From assembly GCA_039683575.1 (NCBI GenBank), contig JBDKRC010000047.1:1-24160 (forward strand): a DNA stretch of 24,160 nucleotides. The letters run 5' to 3'. The notes below the pieces were generated by a model, which was not told where the DNA came from, did no database searches, and saw only the letters and a list, made by a program, of their open reading frames with translations. Origin of the DNA: Armatimonadia bacterium (lineage in GTDB: Bacteria > Armatimonadota > Zipacnadia > Zipacnadales > UBA11051). Positions 16,893 to 24,160 of this stretch are shown one piece after another (position 1 is the stretch's first letter; each line of letters starts with the position of its first letter). Position numbers and translations under genes: made by a program.

Positions 16893-18028
16893 AGACTCTC
16901 CTGCTGACCACGTTGCTTGTAATGCTTGCTGTCGCAGTTAGCTGTGCCGATACGGGAGGCGCTCCGATGTTCGTGAAGGCTGTTGAGACCGACCCAGACA
17001 GTGGCGCGCAGGTGTTTCTGATTGGCGGGGATGAGCGGCCTGCCGACGATATCTACGGCGAGCAGCCCTATGCGGATGCTACCAGCCGGAAGATCGCCAT
17101 TCGGTACTACCGCAAGGATGACAAGCCGGGCGGCCTGAGCATCGTGGACCTGTATGATGGGTCGCGGAGCGAGGTGCTGGTCGGGAAGGCGCCGTTCCCG
17201 GCGTTTCATGCCTGGGGCGAGTACATGTACTTCAACCAGACCGTGGACGGCAAGTACATGCTGCGGCGGGTGAACTACCTGACCGGCAAGCAGGAGGACG
17301 TGGCGCCGCTGCCAGCCGAGAAGGGCAGCTACAGCTATGGGACGGTATCGCCGGATCACCGGTACTATGCGGTGAGCATTGTCGAGAAGGCGGGGGAGCC
17401 GTCGAAGGTGCATGTGCTGGACATCAAGACCGGCCAATGGAGCCTGCTGCTGGACAAGCCGGGGTATCACGCCAAGCATGAGCAGTTTTCGCGCGACGGG
17501 CGCAACAGGGTGCTGATCCAGCTTAACCAGATGCCGGATGTGAGGATGGTGCTGCTGAGCGAACTGGAGATCGGCGTGGGCGAGAAGCAGTTCCCGGCCG
17601 ACCAGCCGCACACGCCACGGCCGACGGGGCATGAGGCATGGATCGGCGACACGGACCGCATTTTCTACTCGACCGGCAAGGGCGGCGAGGGCAGCAACAT
17701 CTGGACTTGCGCGGTTGGGGACAAGACGTCGGTGCAGGCGTACTCGGGTCCGCTGCGGTTCGGGCACATCAGCGTGTCGGCGGATGCGAAGTACTGGATC
17801 TGCGATACGGGCGAGGATGGCATCCCCATCTACGTCGGCAGCTTTGCGACCGGGAAGTGCAAGCGGTTGTGCCTGACCAAGACCGAGTATGACGGCCAGC
17901 AGTGGTCGCATGCGCACCCGTACATGACCGCCGACAACAAGTGGGTGATCTTCTCGGCGCGGCGCGATGGCCACCCGCAGGTGTATGGGGCGAAGGTGGC
18001 GGAGGGGTGGCTGGCGGGGCTGGAGTAG
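16889..18028 (+). CDS. Secreted beta-propeller protein, oligogalacturonate lyase (PL22)/TolB-like
   Basis: Signal peptide (possible lipobox VAVSC); HEQFS, GHEAW, FGHISVS and HAHPYMTADNKWVIFSARRDGHPQVY resemble Ogl-family motifs. ATGA overlap with holB. Confidence 0.65.
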   Translation: MKTLLLTTLLVMLAVAVSCADTGGAPMFVKAVETDPDSGAQVFLIGGDERPADDIYGEQPYADATSRKIAIRYYRKDDKPGGLSIVDLYDGSRSEVLVGKAPFPAFHAWGEYMYFNQTVDGKYMLRRVNYLTGKQEDVAPLPAEKGSYSYGTVSPDHRYYAVSIVEKAGEPSKVHVLDIKTGQWSLLLDKPGYHAKHEQFSRDGRNRVLIQLNQMPDVRMVLLSELEIGVGEKQFPADQPHTPRPTGHEAWIGDTDRIFYSTGKGGEGSNIWTCAVGDKTSVQAYSGPLRFGHISVSADAKYWICDTGEDGIPIYVGSFATGKCKRLCLTKTEYDGQQWSHAHPYMTADNKWVIFSARRDGHPQVYGAKVAEGWLAGLE

Positions 18029-18073
18029 GGGTAGGCGCTTTTGCGGCGAGTTGTGGGTCGGAGATAACGACGT

Positions 18074-18159
18074 GGGCCGGCTAAAGCTCGGCCCCTCCGA
18101 ACGGCGGCGAGGATAGCGGCGGGCCGGATGGGCGGTGAGGCTGCGCATTCGGCCCCTCC
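18074..18159 (-). repeat. Two tandem GGAG-led REP-like hairpins
   Basis: GGGCCGGCTAAAGCTCGGCCCCTCC (18074-18098) and GGGCCGGATGGGCGGTGAGGCTGCGCATTCGGCCCCTCC (18121-18159). Confidence 0.75.
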
Positions 18160-18194
18160 ATGGTACGTTCACATACAGCCAGAGGTGCCAGGCC

Positions 18195-20702
18195 ATGCGC
18201 ACGTTCGGGCTCACCCTCACTCTGACTCTGCTGGTCGCCTCGGCTGCGTCTGCAGCGGGGGTGCCCCTGATTCTGTATGTGGCGCCGTCGGGCAGTGACG
18301 GGTGGTCTGGGCGGCTGGCGGCGCCTAATGCAGCCAGGACCGATGGGCCGCTGGCTTCCGTTGCCGGCGCTCGTGACGTGCTTCGCAAGGCCAGGCCGGC
18401 CACCCCGGTGGAAGTGCGTCTGCGCGGCGGACGGTATGAGGTCTCATCCCCTGTTGTTTTTGAGCCCCAAGACTCCGGTACGGCCGATTGCCCCATCTCT
18501 TACGTCGCTTACCCCGGTGAGAAGCCGCTCCTGAGCGGCGGAGTGCGCGTGACCGGGTTCAAACCCTATCGTGGCAAGGTTGTGTGCGCCGATCTGCCCC
18601 AGGCGAAGGACGGCGGCTGGGTCTTCCGTTCGCTGTTTGTGGACGGGGAGCGGGCGATTCGGGCGCGGTATCCGAACTATGACCCTTCCGATCCCTATCG
18701 GAAGGGGTTCCTGTATGTGCGGCCTGACTGCTTTGGGGAGGCCGTGGGGGCGGCGCATAATGCGGGGGACTGGCTACAGTGGCAGGCGGAGATTCCGGCG
18801 GCAGGGCAGTATGCGGTGTGGGCGCTCTATGGGCACGGGATGAAGCAGCTTAACCGCGACGATATGGCGGGGCAGACCAGTCTGGCTGTGGATGGCGGGG
18901 AGAAGACCGTGCTGCAGAACCTGCCAGATACCGGGGGCTGGCGGGACTTCAAGTGGGCCAAGACCGCAGAAATGGCGCTGCCGGCCGGGAAGCACACGCT
19001 GCGGTGGTCCAACGACAAGGGCGGGGGGATCAACTTCGATGCCTTTGTGCTGACCGACGACCCGGCCTGGACGCCAAGCTCGTGGCGACTGCCCGCTGTC
19101 GCCGCTGGGAAGCATCTGGTCATCATCCAGGCGGAGGAGTACACGGCGTCGCAGGGGCTGCAGATCGTGAAGTGCGGGGGGCTGAGCAGCAGCAGCAAGA
19201 CAGTATTTCCGTTTGCGGCCGGGACGATGAAGGCTTCCTGGGCGGCGGAGCCTGACGCGGAGGTGCATGTTTGGCCCTCGTCGCCGAACTCCTGCCGGGC
19301 TTTCAACGAGATTGTGAAGCTTGATAGGGTTGATACCGAGCAGGGCACGGCTACCGTTAGCGGCAAGCAGGCCGCGACGGAGATTTGCAGCGGGGATCGA
19401 TACTTAGTGGAGAATGTGCTGGAGGAGCTGGATTCGCCGGGGGAGTGGTATCTGGATACGCGGGCGGGGAAGCTGTACCTGTGGCCGAAGAAGCCGCTGA
19501 CGGCAGCGTCGCAGGTCGTGGCGCCGCAGGCCACACAGTTCTTTGTCTTCAAGGGCGAGCAGGGCAAGCCTGTGCATCACCTGCGGCTGTCGGGGCTGAC
19601 GCTGCAGGAGAGCGACTTCACCAACGACGACGGGTTTGTGATGTATGGCCATAGCCTTGACGGCGTGATTACGCTGCAGAACGCCGATGACATTGCGGTG
19701 GAGGATTGCACGCTGCGCAATATCGGCAAGGCAGGGATATATGCCTCGTTCGGCAGCAATAATCGCTTCGTGGGCAATGAGATAAGCTATTGCGCGGCGG
19801 GGGGCATCACTGCCAGCAATTCGCCTGCCGACATGGTCATCTCTGACAACCACATCCACCACCTCGGGTGGGTGTACAAGCACGTGGCCGGGATCTCGAC
19901 TGGCGATCAGGTTCATGGGGCGCTGATTGCGCACAATCATATCCATGACACGAGCCGGTGGGGCATCAGCGTCGGGCATACCACGAGCACGAAGAACGTC
20001 GTGGAGTACAACCACCTGCACCATCTGAACAACGAGACGTATGACACGGGCGGGCTGGAGGTTACCCAGCAGTCGCGGGATCACCGGAGCGGGAGTATCT
20101 TCCGGTATAACCTCATCCATGACACGGGCGGGTACTCGTCCATGATGGGGAAAGACCTGTGGAATTCCTGGGGAATATACCTGGATAGCTTCGCCGGGGG
20201 ATTCACTGTCTATGGCAATGTGGTGTACAGAGCGCAGGATGGGGGGCTTATGGTGCAGGGGGGCAAGGACAACAGAGTTTTCAACAACGTGTTTGTGGAC
20301 AACGGGCCGCGGCGACAGATTCTGATCGCGAACTTCATGAACAACTCGACCGGAACCGAGTTCACGCGCAACATTGTTTCGTACAGCGACCCCAAGTCCA
20401 TGCTGATCTACGGCGGGCGGCAGTTCAAGGATTCGGTCGCACGCTGGGATGACAATGTGTACTATCTGAGCGGAGGCGGGGACATACGGTGCTATGTGCC
20501 AGGCGATGAGCCATACGCGGAGTGGTTCCGGCCGCTGGACTTCTGGCGCAAGCTGGGGTTTGACAAGAACTCCGTGGTCGCGGACCCGCAGTTTGTGGAC
20601 CCCGCGAAGGACGACTTTCGGCTGAAGCCGACTTCCCCGGCGCTCAAGCTGGGGTTTGAGAAGATTGACTTGTCCACGGTTGGGCCTCGGAAGAGGCGCT
20701 AA
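18195..20702 (+). CDS. Secreted right-handed parallel beta-helix protein, GH141-like, with an inserted CBM6/CBM35-like module
   Basis: Signal peptide; YVAPSGSD..SG, LRGGRY, YPGEKPLLSGG, LFVDGERAIRARYPN, ELDSPGEWYLD, many N-x-I-H repeats, GIYLD and ADPQFVDP..DFRLKPTSPA. Start ATG 18195 after GAGGTG. Confidence 0.8.
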   Translation: MRTFGLTLTLTLLVASAASAAGVPLILYVAPSGSDGWSGRLAAPNAARTDGPLASVAGARDVLRKARPATPVEVRLRGGRYEVSSPVVFEPQDSGTADCPISYVAYPGEKPLLSGGVRVTGFKPYRGKVVCADLPQAKDGGWVFRSLFVDGERAIRARYPNYDPSDPYRKGFLYVRPDCFGEAVGAAHNAGDWLQWQAEIPAAGQYAVWALYGHGMKQLNRDDMAGQTSLAVDGGEKTVLQNLPDTGGWRDFKWAKTAEMALPAGKHTLRWSNDKGGGINFDAFVLTDDPAWTPSSWRLPAVAAGKHLVIIQAEEYTASQGLQIVKCGGLSSSSKTVFPFAAGTMKASWAAEPDAEVHVWPSSPNSCRAFNEIVKLDRVDTEQGTATVSGKQAATEICSGDRYLVENVLEELDSPGEWYLDTRAGKLYLWPKKPLTAASQVVAPQATQFFVFKGEQGKPVHHLRLSGLTLQESDFTNDDGFVMYGHSLDGVITLQNADDIAVEDCTLRNIGKAGIYASFGSNNRFVGNEISYCAAGGITASNSPADMVISDNHIHHLGWVYKHVAGISTGDQVHGALIAHNHIHDTSRWGISVGHTTSTKNVVEYNHLHHLNNETYDTGGLEVTQQSRDHRSGSIFRYNLIHDTGGYSSMMGKDLWNSWGIYLDSFAGGFTVYGNVVYRAQDGGLMVQGGKDNRVFNNVFVDNGPRRQILIANFMNNSTGTEFTRNIVSYSDPKSMLIYGGRQFKDSVARWDDNVYYLSGGGDIRCYVPGDEPYAEWFRPLDFWRKLGFDKNSVVADPQFVDPAKDDFRLKPTSPALKLGFEKIDLSTVGPRKRR

Positions 20703-20714
20703 GGCTTTGTTGAC

Positions 20715-20771
20715 GGGTCGCGCGGCGGACGGTCGCGCGGCGGACGGTCGCGCTCGGGGGAGCGCTCCTAC
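20715..20771 (-). repeat. GTAG-type REP with 15-bp tandem duplications of its tail
   Basis: Minus strand GTAGGAGCGCTCCCCCGAGCGCGACC; GGTCGCGCGGCGGAC repeated twice just before it on the + strand. Confidence 0.8.
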
Positions 20772-20793
20772 CTGTTCTTAGAAGGTGAATGAG

Positions 20794-22536
20794 ATGCATT
20801 GGTATATGACGATTGTGTTGAGTCTGGCGCTGGCTACGGCGGCGCTGGCTGCTCCGGCGGTTACTGATCTGCAGGCGCAGTATCGCAATGGGCAGGTGTT
20901 CCTGACCTGGAACGAGACGCCGGGGCTGGAGGGGACGCTGGTGGTGCGGATGTCGCTGGAGCCGATTACGGCGGCGAACGTGGCGCAGGCTGCGGTTGTG
21001 GCTGAGGGGCTGAACCCCAGGTCGGCGGACGACTGGTGGCTGAATCCCGAGACCTATGGCAACCCGCTGGAGAAGGGCAAGGTTCGGCCGCCGCGGGAGG
21101 GGTTCCTGATCGCCGCCGGTGGGCAGAAGCTGAACCCGGATTCGGGGCTGCATGTGCATACTGTGGGGACGGACGAGGTTGGCTCGTACTACTATGCCGT
21201 CACCACCCGCGATGCGGCGGGGGTTGATGACCTCGACGTGACGCCGGGAACCAATGCGCTGGCCCAGCCGGTCGCGCAGAAGGTGGAGGCTGTCGAGCCG
21301 ATCTGGCAGAAGACGGAGGCGCCGCTGGACCCGGCGACGACCAAGGGGATGCCGATGCACCTGATCCTGCATGCCAAGACCGGCATCGGCGGGATGGAGT
21401 TCCTGGCGTTTGGGGACAAGTCGCTGGGCTGGCGGGAGGGGCTGCCGTTCAAGTTCGGGGTGCGCATCAGCGGCGACGCCGTGATCGTCACTCCGACCGA
21501 CCGGACGTGGATCGGGCGAATGTTCCCTGAGGGCAGGGACGGGTGCCAGAAGCTGACGCCGGCGATTCATAGCTTCTGGTATGGCTACAACAGCAATATC
21601 AACAAGCCGGAGAAGATGGCCGAAGGCGTAGCGACCAACTACACCGAGCGCCGGGTGCTGTGGATCATGGACTGGGTCCAGAAGACCTTCCAGACGGACC
21701 CCAACCGCATCTACGCCAGCGGCAGCAGCATGGGGGGTTGCGGCATGATGGCGGTGGCCTTCCGGCATCCGGAGCGCTTTGCGGCGATCTATGCGCATGT
21801 GCCGATTGTGGCCTATGACAAGGGCGTGGGCGGGGACAGCCTGATGCGGATCGTTGCGGAGTGCGGGGACGTGGACAAGCCCTGCAGCGAGGGCATGACG
21901 GTCAGAGAGCGGCTTGATGCCACGAAATTCGCCCGGGAGCACAAGGGCGACCTGCCGTTTCTGCTGATCGCCAACGGGCGGAAAGACATGTCCATCCCGT
22001 GGTGGAAGAACCCGGACTTTTACCGGGCCATGCGGGACAACCGGCATGGGTTTGTCGCGGCGTGGAACGAGGGCGACCACGGCGGGTGCGGGGGGGCGCT
22101 GCCCGAAGACATCAAGCGGATGACCAACTTGCGCAGTTTCTACAACATCGCGCTGAACAAGAGCTACCTGGCCTTCAGCAACTCGAGCCTGGACGATGAT
22201 CCGGGCAACGGGGACGCGGCTAACGGTACACCGGTCGGGTATATGAACCGCGGATTGTGGTGGGAGGAGCCGGTGGATGAGGCGGGGCGGTATGAGGTGG
22301 TCGTGAAGTGGACGCTGGAGGCGGAGAAGCTGCCGGTGACGGTGGATGTGACGCCGCGGCGGCTGCAGGCTTTCAGGCTCAAGCCGGGCGAGACGGTGAC
22401 GGCGCGCAATATCGCGGTGGGTACGGGCGCGGAGGTGCAGAAAGAGACGCTGAAGGTGGATGAGGACGGGCTTCTGACGTTCAAGGGCTTCAAAGTGACG
22501 GCGCCGGAGGGGAACCGGCTGGTGCTGTCGCGGTAG
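20794..22536 (+). CDS. Secreted alpha/beta-hydrolase (esterase/peptidase-like) with an N-terminal beta-sandwich region
   Basis: Signal peptide; DPNRIYASGSSMGG nucleophile elbow, HPERFAAI, NGRKD (candidate Asp) and GDH (candidate His). Start is ATG 20794 or GTG 20785. Confidence 0.75.
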   Translation: MHWYMTIVLSLALATAALAAPAVTDLQAQYRNGQVFLTWNETPGLEGTLVVRMSLEPITAANVAQAAVVAEGLNPRSADDWWLNPETYGNPLEKGKVRPPREGFLIAAGGQKLNPDSGLHVHTVGTDEVGSYYYAVTTRDAAGVDDLDVTPGTNALAQPVAQKVEAVEPIWQKTEAPLDPATTKGMPMHLILHAKTGIGGMEFLAFGDKSLGWREGLPFKFGVRISGDAVIVTPTDRTWIGRMFPEGRDGCQKLTPAIHSFWYGYNSNINKPEKMAEGVATNYTERRVLWIMDWVQKTFQTDPNRIYASGSSMGGCGMMAVAFRHPERFAAIYAHVPIVAYDKGVGGDSLMRIVAECGDVDKPCSEGMTVRERLDATKFAREHKGDLPFLLIANGRKDMSIPWWKNPDFYRAMRDNRHGFVAAWNEGDHGGCGGALPEDIKRMTNLRSFYNIALNKSYLAFSNSSLDDDPGNGDAANGTPVGYMNRGLWWEEPVDEAGRYEVVVKWTLEAEKLPVTVDVTPRRLQAFRLKPGETVTARNIAVGTGAEVQKETLKVDEDGLLTFKGFKVTAPEGNRLVLSR

Positions 22537-22570
22537 GGATCGGGGGCATCGGAAGGCGGGGGCAGGTGGT

Positions 22571-22658
22571 CAACATGGGGACGGAGCCTTCGCGCCGACG
22601 ATCAGCTCGTGAGTTCCACTGAAGTGCACATCGGCGCGAAGGCTCCGTCCCCATGTTG
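22571..22658. repeat. Perfect 28-bp inverted repeat with 32-nt spacer (MITE/REPIN-like)
   Basis: CAACATGGGGACGGAGCCTTCGCGCCGA (22571-22598) and its exact reverse complement (22631-22658). Confidence 0.9.
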
Positions 22659-22825
22659 GGCGATACGGTGTAGAGACGGGAACGGGTACGGCGGGAACGT
22701 CGGGAACTCGGGAACAGAGGCCGAAGCAGTCAGCAGGCCCTCTGAATGGGCTTCTGTAGCCGTTTTGGGGTGCTGAAAGGCCCTCGATTGGGGAAGGGGA
22801 GGTTCTTCCTAAACTGCCTCCTGAC

Positions 22826-22854
22826 TTGACTCGTCAGCCTCCCTACAATAGACT
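22826..22854 (+). promoter_or_regulatory. Putative sigma-70 promoter for the sugar kinase gene
   Basis: TTGACT-17 bp-TAGACT, about 70 bp upstream of the likely start codon. Confidence 0.6.
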
Positions 22855-22922
22855 ATTGGGCGTATTCGACCCACGCGCGAGTAGGGGCGGTGACTTGGCG
22901 CGCCTGGCAGGAGTGGTCGTAT

Positions 22923-24020
22923 TTGTCTAATGAAATCGTCGTCTCCGCTCCAGGCCGTATCTGCCTGTTCGGAGAGCACCAGGACTTTCTGGGGCTGTCG
23001 GTCATCGCTTGCCCCATTGATCTTAACATAACCTTGCGTTGCCGCCCCAGAGGCGATAACACGTTCGAAGTCAGCTTCCCCGATCTGTCCGCCCGGGACA
23101 CGATTTGTGGAGAGACCGAGGCGGAGTATCGCCACAACCGCGACTACGTGCGCTCGGCCACCAATGTGCTCCGGCGAGCCGGCCTGCACATCAAGCAGGG
23201 CTATGACTGCACCGTCCGGGGGACCATCCCCATCAACGCCGGCACCTCCAGTTCCTCCGCGCTCGTGGTCGCCTGGACCGCGTTCCTGCTCGCTACCCAG
23301 AATGGGAACCTGCCCCACACCGTTGAGGACATCGCCCGCTTTGCCCATGAGGCCGAAGTGGTCGAGTTCGATGAGCCCGGCGGCATGATGGACCACTACA
23401 CGTCGGCCCTGGGCGGTCTGCTGCACATTGACTGCCGCGAGCCCATCACCGTCAGCCGTCTCGCGGCCGAGTTGGACGGGTTTGTACTGGGCGATACGGG
23501 CGTGCCCAAGAATACTACAGGCGTCCTGCGGGCTTCCCGTGACGACACGTGGGCCGGGATTGCCATTTTGCGAGAGCGAATCCCGGACTTCGACCTGCGC
23601 AAGACCTCGCTCGCGCAGGCCGAGGAGTTCTTCCCCCTCATGCCGCCGAACGTCCGGCGTCGGGTGCGGGCGAATTTCATCAACCGGGATATCTGCCAGG
23701 AAGCCAGGGAACTGCTCTCGCACAAGGCAGACCTCGATACCGTGAAGCTTGGCGGGCTGCTCTACGAGCACCAGGTACAGCTTCGCGATGGCATCGGCGT
23801 CTCGCACGAGCGGCTGGATGATCTGATCGAGGCCAGCATGGAAGCGGGGGCGCTGGGCGGGAAACTCAACGGCTCCGGCTGCGGCGGGTGCATGTTCGCA
23901 TATGCGCCGGGGCGGCAGCAGGAAGTCAAGGAAGCCATCGACCGTGCGGGCGGCAAGGGCCACATCATTTCCGTGAGCGACGGGGTGAAGGTTGAGCAAG
24001 AGGTCCTGGCGCAGAACTGA
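22923..24020 (+). CDS. GHMP-family sugar kinase, galactokinase-like
   Basis: SAPGRICLFGEHQDF, IPINAGTSSSSA, GGMMDH and GGKLNGSGCGG. Start set at TTG 22923 after CAGGAG (track start 22890). Substrate not established. Confidence 0.88.
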   Translation: MSNEIVVSAPGRICLFGEHQDFLGLSVIACPIDLNITLRCRPRGDNTFEVSFPDLSARDTICGETEAEYRHNRDYVRSATNVLRRAGLHIKQGYDCTVRGTIPINAGTSSSSALVVAWTAFLLATQNGNLPHTVEDIARFAHEAEVVEFDEPGGMMDHYTSALGGLLHIDCREPITVSRLAAELDGFVLGDTGVPKNTTGVLRASRDDTWAGIAILRERIPDFDLRKTSLAQAEEFFPLMPPNVRRRVRANFINRDICQEARELLSHKADLDTVKLGGLLYEHQVQLRDGIGVSHERLDDLIEASMEAGALGGKLNGSGCGGCMFAYAPGRQQEVKEAIDRAGGKGHIISVSDGVKVEQEVLAQN

Positions 24021-24051
24021 GCAAGACGTTAATGAAACCAATCAGCGTGCT

Positions 24052-24081
24052 AAGCGACTAAAGTTAAGGCTTTAGTCGTTT
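24052..24081 (+). terminator. Probable terminator hairpin after the kinase gene
   Basis: AAGCGACTAAAG-TTAAGG-CTTTAGTCGTTT followed by GCGTTTG. Confidence 0.55.
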
Positions 24082-24160
24082 GCGTTTGTGGTGGAGGGAG
24101 GCCCGAGGGGTGTTTCGGGCGTTCATAGAGAGTAAGTGGCGGGCAGGTGGGCTTGCTGTA

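Noticed and set aside
16139-18496. 785-aa minus-strand ORF, and similar long antisense ORFs at 13347-14723, 20644-22080, 4413-5801, 22809-24041 and 1765-2769
   Set aside because: Shadow frames opposite well-supported genes in high-GC DNA; R/P/H-rich with no recognisable motifs.
22858-22889. Possible degenerate REP pair (GGGCGTATTCGACCCAC...GTAGGGGCG)
   Set aside because: Too short and imperfect, with no second copy in the window.

Overview
GC-rich bacterial chromosomal segment. The prepilin/DUF1559-type gene ([33 protein letters not shown]...YAQDYDE) suggests Armatimonadota or a similar lineage (inference). Gene content, left to right: comEC (partial, not in the ORF track) and comEA; an MDR-family dehydrogenase; a prepilin-type protein; a second MDR dehydrogenase; a discoidin+GH123-like glycosidase; a ferric-reductase/FNR oxidoreductase plus a small membrane ORF; a secreted protein with two copies of an uncharacterised module; then a long + strand run of D-threonine-aldolase-family PLP enzyme, Ycf45-like AAA/R3H protein, tmk, holB, three secreted glycan-active candidates and a GHMP sugar kinase. 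I found no tRNA, rRNA, CRISPR array, transposase or integrase. The most unusual signal is non-coding: most intergenic gaps carry REP/REPIN-like palindromes from about six families. One family is a triple-hairpin module whose structure is kept across different sequences. One REP copy sits in frame inside the holB zinc-module loop. Two triple-hairpin copies lie in a 182-bp tandem duplication that repeats a gene's last 12 codons, and the distal copy differs only at synonymous sites. Strand G/C skew also flips independently of gene direction.
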